A stretch of DNA of 64,000 nucleotides, taken from the human T2T-CHM13v2.0 reference genome, Homo sapiens. The DNA is taken from NCBI RefSeq assembly GCF_009914755.1, contig NC_060936.1; one strand, given 5' to 3'. Below are positions 14,213-27,499 of the stretch, piece by piece. Position numbers and translations under genes: made by a program. The stretch's first letter is position 1, and each line of letters opens with the position of its first letter. Below the pieces are notes generated by a model that did not search any database, had not been told where the DNA came from, and saw only the letters and a program-made list of their open reading frames with translations.

Positions 14213-15841
14213 CTAGGCAATAGTTTAAGGTTCACAAATAAAAAGGTGGAAATGGAGGATGTCTGTTTTTCTGGGGGAAAAAAAAGAACAGCTTTTTTTT
14301 GTCCCCCTCTAGCTCACAAGGAAAGGAGTGTTAAAATATTGTGGTAGCACATGTCCTTTTTAAATCACAACTATATTTTTAAACAAACCATTTATTGGTG
14401 ATGCAACTGTAAAAGGTATCTAAAATTATCATGTCTATATTTGATTCATAAAATTGCATGTACAAACAAATGAATAGATTCTTCCAGACTGTTTAAAATT
14501 CACTTGTGAGTTGTGACTTTGTAAGCCAGGTTTCATCCTGGATCACGTTTTTTAATATAACGCTGTGAAAATGAACAATTTTAACAATAGCAGCAAATGT
14601 GGTGTTATAATCAGTTGCTGAAGAGCATAAGGTTTCCTTTCATAGTTCACTAGTGTTGAAAGGGAAAAAAAAGTGTCCATGTAACATGTGAATGCCCATA
14701 CAAAGACCTTGAAAAATCCATAATATATAAGAACTAAAAATTCCATAAAAATAAGCAATGAAAAATTATGCTCTAGAAAATTATTAAATTCTGATTTTAA
14801 AAACTTTTAATTCCCAGACTTTGTTTTTCCTATATTCAATTTCATTGAAAATCTGAACTTCGCACCGGGAAAAAATGATATTTTCACTTGGGTCATTTTT
14901 AAAAGTTTTTAGATTAATTATATTTGTTTGGTGGCATGACAGATGAAGTGCTACAAATAATTTTATTAACTACTTTGGAGTTTTAAGTTGTAATTTTGTG
15001 TTTATGTTTAAAGAAAGTCAATTTAAAATTATGATAATAATATTGTATATACTTCTCCTCTTCCTATTTTATCTTTTTCTTATTTGAACATTTACTAAGT
15101 TTGGTATATATTTCTTTCTCAAGTCTTTGGTTTTCAAGTGAGGCAAAAAGATAAGTACCATTCCCTCAAATTGAAAGGCTATTTGTGACAGGAATTCATT
15201 TCTAGATCCATTTGGTGAAGAGTCTTTTTCTCACAACTCGAATCCATGAGTCGATAATCTCTCAGAAGTATCAGCAGTCACAATGTTATATTTATTTGTT
15301 TATAAGACACTACCTAGAGGTTTTAGAGTTAAGACACAGCCCCTGCCCCTAGGATGCACACAATTCTGTGGGAAGACAGAGAAGTTGATAAATAAACAGG
15401 CAATTGCATATGATGGTAAGAGTCAGGATAGGCGTAGGCACAAGGTCCCACAGAACAACAAACAGGGCTCTCCTAACTTAGTATTAGGAAGTAAAGGAAG
15501 ACTGGGAAGGGAATGTCTGAGCTGAGTCCTGAAAAAGTGAAATTTCTACATAAAAATCGATATAAATAGGGATTCAAGCATTTTAGCAAGTTCAGCCTCA
15601 TGTTCATTCATTCTCACATCATTGGAAAGGTGGAAGTGGAGAATAGACATTTTTGAGAAAAAAAAAAAGTTCTCCTTAAGCAGCTGTCTCCATGCTGGAA
15701 TCTGCCATACTGAGACAGCTACATTCTGATAGGAAGTAAAAGGAAGGGTAAGGACAATATTTTAACGGATCACACTTCAAGGGACATGAGATTGAGTAAA
15801 ATACTCAAGCAGGGTCATGACTTTAAAAGAAGTCAGAGGTC

Positions 15842-16110
15842 AGGCTGGGTGTAGTGGCTCATACCTATAATCCCAGCACTTTAGGAGGTTGAGTTGGGAA
15901 GACGACTTGAGCCCAGGAGTTGGAGACCAGCCTGGGCAACATAGTGAGACCTCATCTCTATGAAAAATAAACAAAATTAGCTAGGCATGTGCTTGTGGTT
16001 CCAGCTACTCAGGAGGCTGAGGTGGGAAGATTGAACCTGAGAAGTCAAGGCTACAGTGAGCCAAAATCATGCCACTGTCCTCCAGCCTGGGCAACAGAGC
16101 AAGACCGCAT
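15842..16110 (+). mobile_element. Alu (AluJ-like), A-tail degraded
   Basis: Dimeric Alu match. Confidence 0.93.
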
Positions 16111-17179
16111 AATTTTTTTCTAGAAATCTTGTTTTAAATAAAAGGCAGAAAGACCTGTTAACATTTCACTGCTTCTGTTTGGCTCTGATCAAATCCTTGA
16201 GGCCATAATTACAAAGCCTGGCTGCCTGCAATGAACGGGGAAGAAATGTAGAAGCAGAACATGTACAATTTAACCTTCCAGTAAATTATTCTGCCTTTAA
16301 GAGCATGGTCCATGGGAAGGATAAACCGAAGGAGGTCAGTCCCAGTTAACAAAGTTGGGAAAGTGCCATGGTGCCCTGGGCACTTGTGGTCATCTGCACA
16401 TTTCATGATATCATCTTGCAGCCTTTAGCGAGCCTGGTACAGGTCACCAATACTTGACCTGCTGCTTCTTGAAAATGGTCTGCCTTTGGGGATTTATACT
16501 TTATGTACTTGAAATCCCCAATGTCTTTGTCTCTTTTAAATTGGCAGACTTTTGGTTTACCACTTTGGAATTATGTTCAGTTAGTCCATGTGTTCTCCAG
16601 GTGCCCTATATTTCAAAAACAGAGCTGGATTCTCCACATGCCCATGGGTCAGAAGTGTATACTTCGTTTCCCTACTGCCAAGGACACCTGACTTTTTTCA
16701 CCAGAATTGTTGTCATTATTGACTCTCGTTATTATTAATAGAATTTTCCACTCTATAGCAATTAAGGTTTTAAGGCTTTTTCACTCTATTATCACATCTG
16801 ATCCTCATGAGAACCCTGAAAACTAGGACAAATGTTATTATCTATGCCCCCTATAACTATTGTCTTGATCACAGCCCTTAAAAGCAGTAGACTCACTGAG
16901 GACTTGTTGATGAAAATTTAAGTTGCTAAAAACATATTTCAGATAACTAGAATAAATTGTACCCAAGTATTTATGTCTTATTTTAGCTGAGGACAAACTA
17001 TTGCACAGTATCTGAGGCATTCACATATTAATCTATTCAGAACATTACAGAAATTGCCACAAGGTTTCTGAAGGACATTAGTTATACACTTTACCCTGAA
17101 TCAGATTACATGCCTTTGACGCCAGTTAAAATCTTCATGGCGCAGTTGTCCTCCATGTAACAAAAGGATCACTATGAAC

Positions 17180-17340
17180 TTTTTTCTTGTTTCTTTTCTT
17201 TCCTACCCTCCCTATTTCCCCTCCCTCCTCCCTCTCTCCCTTCTTTCTTCCTTTCATCTCTCGTTCATTCATTTGCTCGTTATTATGCTTTATTCTTTCC
17301 TTTCTTCTTTCTCTTTCTTCCTTCTTACCCTTTCCCCTCA
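17180..17340 (+). repeat. CT-rich low-complexity tract
   Basis: Polypyrimidine run; explains the spurious ORFs at 17135-17398. Confidence 0.8.
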
Positions 17341-17973
17341 AGCATATATGAAAAACATCATTTTCTACTTCCAAAGGTCTAAAAATCCTAAGCAATAATA
17401 ATCTCTAAAGAACTCATTTGCATTAATTTACTCAAAAAGAACAAAACCTATAGTTATATGCTTAGGACTTACTAGGGTTAAAGAATTTTAATTTACTGTT
17501 CGCCTATTATGTGTCAGACATTGTGCTGAATTTTTTCATATATTTTATTATTTAAACCTCACAATCACCCTTTGAAATAGATATTACTGTACTCAATGAA
17601 ACTAAATATATTTACTAATATCATATAACTGAAAACTAACAGAACCAGAATTAAAAATTGGTTCTTGAGGGACTCCAAAGTCAATACTTTTTCATTCCAG
17701 AAGTATGTATTGAAAATGGTTAAATTTGAATTTGGAGCAGAAGGATAGAACACAGAATGTTAGAATAGGAAATGACTTTACATTCAAGGTCCCCTTGAAT
17801 GTAAAATGCTGCACCTCTAAAATTCTCTGCCAAATTATTCCCCACTTTCTACTAAAACAGGTCTGGTGAGGTGTTGGATTATTTTCTTTCAGAGTTCTTC
17901 CTTGTTTTGAGCCAAATTATGTCTCTCTTTTTTCTCTGTCCCATCTTTTGACACTGGTTTTTCTCCTGTGTGT

Positions 17974-18112
17974 AGAGTGATCATATGTCCTAGTTTTCCT
18001 GGGACAGTCTTTGTTTATATAAGCTTGTTGTCCCTACAACAAGTTAATACTGTCCCCCTCTAACTCTCAGCAATGCCCTATTTTAGATGACAAATTATAT
18101 GTCCACCCACCT
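17974..18112 (+). mobile_element. MER94-like hAT-Blackjack MITE
   Basis: agagtgatcatatgtcctagttttcctgggacagtc...gatgacaaattatatgtccaccc. Confidence 0.6.
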
Positions 18113-18368
18113 ATGAGGACACATAGATTTAACAGTTTTCCAAATATTTGAGGAAAGTCATCACGTCTCTCATCTCCTCTGCAGGCTAAGTATTCCTGGT
18201 TGATGTTTGCCACAAATTACAAGTTTTCCCCCAGACCCCTCACTATGTTGACCATAGAGTTGCCTGGACATTTCTAATTCAGATCTGTTTAACTTAGGCT
18301 TCATGGACCCTCAGGGAGTCCACGCAGAGAGTTTGAAATATTATGCGAAATGCTGCATGTAAGAGCGT

Positions 18369-18846
18369 TGTGTTTGTTTCCTGGGGCTGCTATAACAAAT
18401 TACCACACTAGGTAGATTAAAAACCACAAAAATTTATTCTTTCACAGTGCTGGAGGCCAGGAGTCTGAAATCAAGGTGCTGGCAGGGTTGATTCCTTCTG
18501 GAAGCTTTAAAGAAGAATCAAATCCATGCCTCTCTTGTAGCTTCTGGTGGCTTTCAGCAATCCTTCGTGTTTCTTGGCTTGTGGCAGCACACTTTCAATC
18601 TCTGCCTCCGTCTTTTCATGACGCTCTTCTCTGTGTCTCTATGACTTCTCCTTTGCTGTCTCTTTTGTGGATATTTGTTATTGGATTTATGGCCCAACTC
18701 AAATTCTGGATAACCTCATTCAATATCCTTAAGTTAATTATATCTGCAAAGATTTTATTTCCAAACAAAGTTATATTCACAGGTACTGGAGGTTAGAACT
18801 TGGATATCCATCTCTTTTGTGGGGTACATCATTCAACCCAATACAA
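18369..18846 (-). mobile_element. MLT1B/C-like MaLR solo LTR
   Basis: ggggctgctataacaaattaccaca...ctggaggccaggagtctgaaatcaaggtg...attcaaccca. Confidence 0.85.
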
Positions 18847-19753
18847 CATATATGTATTGTCCTGAAAAGTGGCCCATAGGTTTTCTCATACCATAGGCAA
18901 AAGTTTAGTAATAATAACTAATCCAGATTGTCACTATCCTGAATACAATATTCTAGGAATCCTTAAGAATAGTTTCTACTGAAGTTATATTGCTTGGCAC
19001 ATAGTAGACAATAAATATTTCTTTCATAAGTGATCGAATTGAATGGTTTGATCATTTTAGAAGGTAATCACTTCTTCCTAAAAATTTCTTACGGCAGACA
19101 ATGGTTATGTTATATTTGTTTTTGAAGGGTGAATACTAATGATAATTCAAATTGAGTTGATTTATGATTATAGCTACTTGGAGTCACCCACAGTTCAGCT
19201 AGTCAGCATAATAGGAGAATCCTCTTGGAAATGAGACTTCTTACTTTCTTTCTCTTATGTGGTTCAGGTGGAAATTGATGAGGATTAAGTTTCTATCCAT
19301 AAAACACATTAGGTCTGTTGAAAATGACAGATTTCTGTGAGAACGAGCATATATCTCTTATCTATCTCTCTCTCTCTTTTTTTTTTTTTTTTTTTTTTTT
19401 TTGCACCAGTCCCTGGTGCCTCTAAGTTTAGACCAGGGATGCTTCACCCTGCATTATTCTTTTTTCTTCCTACGAGAAAAGCAGCTTAGTGCCGCTGTCT
19501 TTACTTTATGGCAAAAACCTAACTGAATAAGGCATCACTCCTTTTGAGGGAGTTTTGGTAAAGTCATTCAATTGACAGTTACACCCCAATTAACTCTATG
19601 CCACATGAGACATCTTCTTTTACATTAGATGTCCAATTGTGTGCTTCCAATATTCAAGATTCTTCTCTTAAAATGGGACTGAATAGGGGCCTGATTTTAG
19701 CAATTTAATTCTATTGTTTTTCTCTTCTCACACTTAATAATTCATGCCTTCAG

Positions 19754-19813
19754 GAAAATCAGATTCTAGAAAATAATTTCAGGTTTTTACCCCACAGTGG
19801 AAAATCAAGAAAG
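19754..19813 (+). pseudogene. Candidate pseudo-exon ENQILENNFRFLPHSGKSRK
   Basis: ttcatgccttcag| ... AAG|gtagaa; 60 bp, open, phase 0->0. Confidence 0.3.
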
Positions 19814-20553
19814 GTAGAAATAAGAAGATATCAGCTATTATAATCTCAGTTATAATAGAGGGATTCTTGCTGATTTCCTAGTAATATGTAAATAGAACTT
19901 CTTGGGTTTTTTTCCTCATATCACCTTTTTTATTTTCTGCATAACACTCCTTGAAGTCATCTATTCTTTTTAATTATTTACTTGGATAATGTCTCTCACC
20001 CTCCACCAGCACGTGAGCTCAGGCAAGAAGGGATCCTGTCTGTCTCGGTCATCCCCAGTGCCCTGAGCATAGTAGAACTTCAACGGAAATTTGGTAATAA
20101 TGGAACATAAGGATCAACCCTTCACTGATTCATGGACTCCAAAAAGAGCCATCAAGGAAAAAGCCCCATATAATTATTTAGTAAAGTTCAAACAGATCCA
20201 TAGGAGACCCAGCAGGTGGGGAAGGGGAAGGGATTCCACTTGCCGACCCATCCAAGGTTGTTAAGGAGCCTCTTCCTGTCCCATAGGTCTTCAGGAGAGG
20301 AGGACTTCCAGAGATGGGCCAGTTTTTAGCCTGAGGCCAAAGCATCCTTTGACCACCAAGATGAGCTTTCTAATGGACATAACACAGCATTTGGAAAACC
20401 AACTCATCTTACTTGATAACTAAAAATAAGTCATTATTATACCAAAAAAAGAGAGAGAAATGCTACAAAGTTGGGAAGGGAGTTCTTGGTCTTGATTCTG
20501 ACACTGCTAAAAATATATCTTAATTAACAGCTTTCCTTATAGTGTTCTTCCAG

Positions 20554-20643
20554 GTATTTGGCAGAAAGCGGTCATGCCAATACCAACCCAGACTTTCCAC
20601 ACAGCTTCAGGAGATCTACTGTACTCCCTGATAGAAGAAACCT
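20554..20643 (+). pseudogene. Candidate pseudo-exon (90 bp)
   Basis: Strong acceptor tagtgttcttccag|; donor decayed to ATGAGT; two frames open (GIWQKAVMPIPTQTFHTASGDLLYSLIEET or YLAESGHANTNPDFPHSF...). Confidence 0.35.
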
Positions 20644-21067
20644 ATGAGTTTGGCTCCTTCTCCAACAGCACACTTCTTTGTTTGTTTGTTTATATGTTTG
20701 CTGTTCACCTACTATGCACCCAGTAGCATGCTAAGCACTGGGGCCTGCAACAAGGGATTGGGGCCACACACTGCTCTCCCAGACCTCAGAGTCTAACAAG
20801 GATACTCTATGATTAAGCAAGTAATTTAAACAGAGGATGATGAGAGCAGGGATGGAAGATATAACAAGTGGGATGGAAGACAAAGTAAGAGGCGCCAACC
20901 TAGCCTGGGTGCCCAGGGAGGGCCTAGGAAGGCCTTAACTGAAAGGGGCCAAGGAACTGGTCAGGGAGAGAGAAGAGTGTTCCAGGTAGAGGGAAGGGCC
21001 CAGTGAAGGTCAGAAGGTGAGATCCAGGGACAGCTGGAAACACAGAGGTCCCTTGTGGATGGACCAC

Positions 21068-23287
21068 TGTATTAGTCTGTTCTCACACTGCTAAAAGAAA
21101 TACCCAAGACTGGGTAATGTCTAAAGGGAAGAGGTTTAATTGATCCACAGTTCCACATGTCTGGGGAGGCCTCAGGAAACTTACAATCATAGTAGAAGGG
21201 GTAGCAGGCACCTTCACAAGGCAGCAAGAGAGAGGGTGAGCAAGAACCAGCAAGCGCCACACTTTAAAACCATCAGCTGTCATGATACCTCACTCACCGT
21301 CATGAGAACAGCATGGGGAAAACTGTCCGCATGATCCAATTACCTCCCATCTGGTCTCTTCCTTGACACATAGGGATTATGGGGATTATAATTCAAGATG
21401 AGATTTGGGTAGGGACACAGAGACAAACCATATTATTGTGCCCCTGGCGCCTTCCAATCTCACATCCTCACATTTCAAAACAGAATCATGCCTTTCCAAT
21501 AGTCCCCCAAAGTCTTAACTCATTCCAGCATTAACCCAAAAGTCCACAGTCCAAAGTCTCATCTGCAACAAGGCAAGTCCCTTCTGCCTATGAGCAGTTA
21601 AAATAAAAAACAAGTTAATTACTTCCAAGATACAATAGGGATACAGGCTTTGGATAATTACACCCATTCCAAATGGGAGAAATTAGCCAGAAAAAAAGGG
21701 GGCTGCAGGCCCCGTGCAAGTTGAATTCCAGCAAAGCAGTCATTAAATCCTAAAGCTCCAAAATAATCTCCTTTAACTCCATGTCTCACATCCAGGGCAT
21801 GCTGATGCAAGGGGTGGGCTCCCACAGCCTTGGGCAGCTCCTTTCCTGGCTGGGGTTAAGTGTCTGAGGCCTTTCTATGTGCACGGTGCAAGCTATCGGT
21901 GGATCTACCATTCTGGGGGCTGGAGACTGGTGGCCCTCTTCCACTAGGCAGTGCCCCACTGGGGACTCTGTGTGAGGGGTTCCCACCTCACATTTCCCCT
22001 TTGCACTTTCCTAGCAGAGACTCTCCATGAGGGCTTTGGCCTTGCAGCAAACTTCTGCCTGGAAATCCAGGCATTTTCATACATCCTCTGAAATCTAGGT
22101 GGAGGTTCCCAAACCGTAGTTCTTGATTTTGTGTGCACCCACAGGTCCAACACCATGTGGAAGCCACCAAGGCTTGGGGCTTGCACCCTCTGAAGCAACA
22201 ATTGAGATGTACCTTGGCCCCTTTTAGCCATGGCTAGAGCTAGAGTAGCTGGGACACAGGGCACCAAGTCTTGAGGCTGCATAGAGCAGGGGGACCCTGG
22301 GCCTGGCCCACAAAAGCATTTTTCCCACTTTGGCCTCTGGGCCTATAATAAGAGCAGCTGCCACCAAGATCTCTGACATTCCCTGGAGATATTTTCCCCA
22401 TCGGTTTGGAGAGTAACATTTGACTCCTCATTACTTATGCAAATTTCTGCAGCAGGCTTGAATTTCTCCCCAGAAATTTTTTTTTTCATCTCTATCACAT
22501 TGTTAGGCTGCACATTTTCCAAACTTTTAGACTCTTCTTCCCTTTTTAACGAATGTTCCAATTTCAGATATCTCTCTTAAGTTCAAAGTTCCACAGATCT
22601 CTAGGGCAGGCACAAAATGCTGCCAGTTTCTTTGCTAAAGCATAGCAAGAGTGACCTTTGCTCTAGTTCCCAAGAAGTTCCTTATCTCCATCTGAGACCA
22701 TCTTAGCCCGGACATCATTGTCCACATCATTATCAGTATTTTGGTCAAAACCATTCAACAAGTCTCTAGGAAGTTCCAAACATTTCCACATCTTCCTGTC
22801 TTCTTCTGAGGCCCCCCAAACTGTTCCAACTTCTGCCTGTTACCAAGTTCCAAAGTCGCTTCCACATTTTCGGGCATCTTTATAGCAGTGCCCCACTCCC
22901 GGCACGAATTTACTGTATTAGTCTGTTCTCACACTGCTATACAGAAATACATGAGACTGGGTAATTTATAAAGGAAAGACATTTAAGTGGCTCACAGCTC
23001 CACATGGCTGGGGAGGCCTCAGGAAACTTACAGTCATGGCAGAAGGGAAAGCAGGCACCTTCTTCTCAAGGCAGCAGAAGAGTGTGTGAGTGAGAACAGG
23101 GAAGTGCCACACTTTAAAACCATTAGCTCTTGTGATAACTCACTCACTATCATGAGAATAGCATGGGGGAGACTGCCCCCATGATCCAGTCACCTCCCCC
23201 GACCCATTTCTCCCTTGCCACATGGGGATGATGGGAATTACAATTCAAGATGAGATTTGGGTGGAGATACAGAGCCAAACCATATCA
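21068..23287 (-). mobile_element. Full-length THE1D/MSTA-type MaLR: LTR 21068-21435, internal 21436-22913, LTR 22914-23287
   Basis: Two ~370 bp direct LTRs (tgtattagtc...ccatat[t/c]a), typical MaLR internal sequence, TSD accac/accat. Confidence 0.92.
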
Positions 23288-23967
23288 ACCATGGGGTTTG
23301 GGGAAAAAAATGGAGTGAGGGGAGAGAGGTCAGTGGGACCCAGATTATAAAGGGCCATGTAAATCATACGCTAAACATTGGGGGAGATGCAGGAAGTAAA
23401 AGCAGTAGCAGATCTGTGCTTTACAAAAATTATTCTGGCTGCTGCTGTATAAAGTGAGACCAATGTGCTGGGGGAAAGATGAGAAGTACAGAGACTAGTT
23501 AAGAGACAAGTTGTATTTCTGTTGGAGGAAAGGCACCACTGAGGGGGAAGGCAGAGGCTTTATTGAACAGGATTCATCTCCTCACACCTCAGGAGCAAGA
23601 TTTAGGTAAAGCTATGCCCAAACAGCAGGCATTGGCCACATGGCAAAAGTATTCTTTCATCTTGGTAGGCAATGTTGACTGAGGATGAGAACCAAGTTCC
23701 AGCCCTATACGACCTTGGTATGTGCCCAGGGGCACTGCTCTACACACCTCTGAGCTTTAGCTGCTTCTTCTACTCTGGATGAATCACATCCTTCAAGCTG
23801 TGCAGCTAGGCAAGGGCCTAAGGGAAAAGACCAAGATTGCTGTAAAATGTTGATGCCTTTACAGATAAAAGGTGGCAACAACACTTAATAGGATGACTGG
23901 CAAGCATGGAGAGACAATTTTGCTCTACATTTGCTTCAGCTTTTTGTTTCCTTTGTCTTGGCTTCAG

Positions 23968-24071
23968 AGGCCTTTGCTTTCTGCCTTATGAAGCTCCCTT
24001 TAAAGCTGGACACAAGAAACATTTTAACAAGAAGCAGATGGTGACCAGGCCAGAAAACCTGATTTACCACA
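23968..24071 (+). pseudogene. Candidate pseudo-exon GLCFLPYEAPFKAGHKKHFNKKQMVTRPENLIYH
   Basis: Very long pyrimidine tract plus cag|; donor |gtaaag; open, phase 2->1. Confidence 0.35.
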
Positions 24072-24382
24072 GTAAAGTCATGATCCCCCTCTTGCCTTCT
24101 GGAAGCTTCTTTTGTTTAGGGTCATCACTGTAATCAAAGTGGGTGAAAAATGATCATCAGCTGGTTCCTAAATGTGAGCTCTGGTGGCTTTGATCACTCC
24201 AAGAGCCTCTAGGATTGAAGACCAGTTGCAGGAAGAAGTTCCAGATTCAATCACTGCTCTGTGAAAGGCTAGGATTCAGCTCCGGGTCTACACTTCTGAG
24301 ACACCATTTATCACCTCAGAAGCTGCAGTTTCAGAAGTTAAGATTGGTCCTCTACAGGAAAACATTAAATGTTATTTTCTAG

Positions 24383-24485
24383 GGAAAGCTGGAGAAATTT
24401 CTGGAGTTGATCCAATATTTTCAGTCTGTCCTGTGCTGCTGCTCTACTCCACGCTAGAAGATGATGATGGTCAAACTAAGTACAG
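24383..24485 (+). pseudogene. Candidate pseudo-exon KAGEISGVDPIFSVCPVLLLYSTLEDDDGQTKY
   Basis: gttattttctag|; 33 open codons, phase 1->2, compatible with both neighbours; weak donor. Confidence 0.35.
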
Positions 24486-24951
24486 GTTTTCATGTGGGCA
24501 GAGCAGAAAGAACAGGATTATAGGAAGTGACAGTTGTGAAATGGGCAAGCTAAGGACCTAAAATGCTCTCCACAAGTGTGCCCAAGCCCAGCCCAGCTAA
24601 TTATTCTTATTTTTATTTTTTTTTTACACTGGGCACTCCATGTGATTAGGAACTGTGTCTTACTTATTCAGCTTCATCAGTACCTAACAGCTGCATTTCA
24701 TTGGGAGAATGGAAAAATGTGAAAGCCTATCAACTCAGGTGCAGGAGATGCCCCTTCTTGTCTCAATGGAACTCCCAAATAAGATGGATGTAAAATTCCA
24801 TAATGTTTATATCTTCCTGCCAAGGTACCAGTTGTTTGTTTAGATATATGGCTACAATTCAACAATCTTGTGAATTCCATTTAGTCCAAGTATCCGACAG
24901 ATGAAATAAATATTGTTGTGGACTTGAATGCCAGGGAGAATAGTAGGGTTT

Positions 24952-25772
24952 TGAGGACTAAACTCTGACTTTTTTTCCTCTCTTGCTCAAATTCCTATCT
25001 AAGGGGCCTGGGGAGTCGTGCCCTACAAACCACAAAATCTCATCAGATGGGTTTTATGTAACCCTATATAATGTGGTTTACATTCCAAGCTGATTCTGGC
25101 ATAACATCACATGAGGGATAAAGAAGAAAATCGAAATATTTTACCCCAACATATTCCATTTTGCCATATTTTGAAATGGCCCTGAAAAGCCATCTTTTGT
25201 AGAGGAAAACTTGCATCTGTAAAGACTCTCTATTAACATAACTAAATCTTTCCCCTTCCAGGCCCTCCCAATCCTGAAGAGATTAACTGAGAGTCTAGCA
25301 TGTTTTAAAGGTCTGAATAGGAAATATTTGCCATCTATTGTCTCTAAAAGTGTCCACCTATGAGACTTCATCTACATAATAAGAACCTTGGTCTCCATAA
25401 CCCCTATCCTAACCCAGACATTCCTTTCTACCAGTTCCAGGTTTTTAGAGAATAACTTAACTCTTTTGACCAACTGCCAATCAGAAAATCTTTCAATCCA
25501 CCATGACCTGTAAATCCCACCCCACCTACATGAACCCCCTTCCCCACCCCCACTTAAAGTTGTCCCCTTTTTCTGGACTGAACCAACATATACCTCACAT
25601 ATATTGATTGATGTCTAATATCTTTCTAGAACACAAAATCAAGCTATAATCCAACAGCCTTGGGCACATGTTCTCAGGACCTCTTGAGACTATGCCTCGG
25701 ACCATGGTCACTCACATTTGACTACAGAGAAACCTTTTTAAATATTTTACAGTTTGACTCTTTTCATCAACA
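24952..25772 (+). mobile_element. MER4-group (MER4D/E-like) ERV1 solo LTR
   Basis: tgaggactaaactctgac...cctatctaaggggcctggggagtc ... gactcttttcatcaaca. Confidence 0.8.
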
Positions 25773-26202
25773 TTTTTCAAAGCCTTTCCTGGGCTCATTT
25801 TCAAGTAAGGGGATTGCTTCCTCAAGGGTTATTCCTCTAAGTGGAATGTTTCTCTTCAAATACATTTTTTCCCCTTAGGTTGACCCAAAGAGTTAAAGGG
25901 AACTCACATTGCCATTTTATTATTTCCTACCCCTGCCAATATTTAGTGTCCATCTGACATTAGCACAATCCTAGATATGACTATTTTTTTCTCATTCTGT
26001 TCTCTGAAATTAGAGTGTTAAATATAACTGAGTTGTTATAAAAGGTTCTCCAAATTTAAAAAGGCTTTTTTATGGTCTGCAGCGTTCCTGAATCTCCATT
26101 CTTATGCTTTTTGAGTCACTTATCAAGAAATTGACATTCTGAAATTGTCTTATTTGTTCTTTGTAAGACTCATGTTAAGCCCCAGTTTGACAGGGCTTAC
26201 CA

Positions 26203-26744
26203 GTGGGAAATAAAAACAAAATTCTAAGCTTCTCAACTGACTGAACGGATACCCTCTTGGCCAAGAGAACACCAGAGAAATCTTGGAAGCTGATTTCAGG
26301 GCTGGGAGGGGCTGGGAGATCAGATAAGCTTCATTATATCCCCTCCCTTACTAACGGTCATTAGGTTTTCTTCCCCTAAGCGCTAAAAAGAAGCCAGCTT
26401 CTTCAGGTAAGCTTACCTTCCCAGGCACAGAACAAAGACAAGATGAGATTTATCTTCCTTCACCCCTTCTCTAAGATGTGTGCTTCCTCTACTCGCTTTC
26501 TCTTCATATATTCACCTTATTCTATATAAAATGTAGATTTACTGAGCACTAGCCAAAGTTTCAGTGCTACCTTTTCTTTTTTAAGGAAAGTGTATGAATA
26601 TGAAACCTCCTGAAAACATCTTTGGAAAAAACAGCCACAGATGCATCTGAGGCTTGCATTTTTCCCAGGTGTGCTCTCAGGCTGATTCAATAAACCTCAA
26701 TGATTAGAGGCTTATGCCTCAATCACTCATTTTGGTTGTTTCCA
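26203..26744 (+). mobile_element. MER4-group ERV1 solo LTR
   Basis: aaaacaaaattctaagc...ctgaacggataccctcttggccaag; AATAAA near the 3' end. Confidence 0.65.
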
Positions 26745-27499
26745 GGATACTAAAAAATAACAGTCCTAACTCTTTTAGCAAGTTGATATGGAAAATGACA
26801 GTGAAAAGAGCTGTTTGACAGTCTAATAAAATTTAAATATTTCTAATCTTCTCAGCACTTCTCAGAAATCTAGATATCATAGATTTCTGCAGTGATTTGT
26901 GAAATTGGCTGTTGGGGAAATAAGGATTGTCAACTCAGGGAAAGAATTACCTACTTAATGTGTTTGTTGAGGGAGGGTGTAGAAACAGGACTTTTAATAA
27001 GTATCTGGGAGGGACTTTTTTCTCCCAGCTGTGTAGATCTGTGAAAATAGCCCAAAACCTTATCGCTCCAAGAATGGGACACAAAAGCACCAGATAAAGA
27101 GCTTTCCATCAGAAAAGCTCAAAGCCTATGATTTGAACATTCATCTCTACAGTCTTTGTTCTTTCAATTTTTTTCTTCCCTAAAAATAATTAAAAGCAAT
27201 AACATTTCACTGAATATATTCACAGATATTAAAGAAAATAATTTAGTAAATATTTAAATGTAATTCATTCTATAGGTGCATACTATTCTATAGAGTATAT
27301 AGTAGATGCCATAATTTTTTCAACCATCCTTGCATTAGCGAAAATTCATGAGTTTTTCTATTGCAGACAAAAGTCCTTCAATATCTGTATATGTGTTCTT
27401 ACATATTAGCTCTTTTGGGTGATTTTTTGAGCTACTTGTAAGCTTATTTTAAATTTGATTAGTTATTGCATGGATATTTCCATAAAAATTGTACCAACT

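Noticed and set aside
19031-19063. Open micro-exon-like DRIEWFDHFR
   Set aside because: Overlaps an L2 3' tail (ggcacatagtagacaataaatattt...gaattgaatg)
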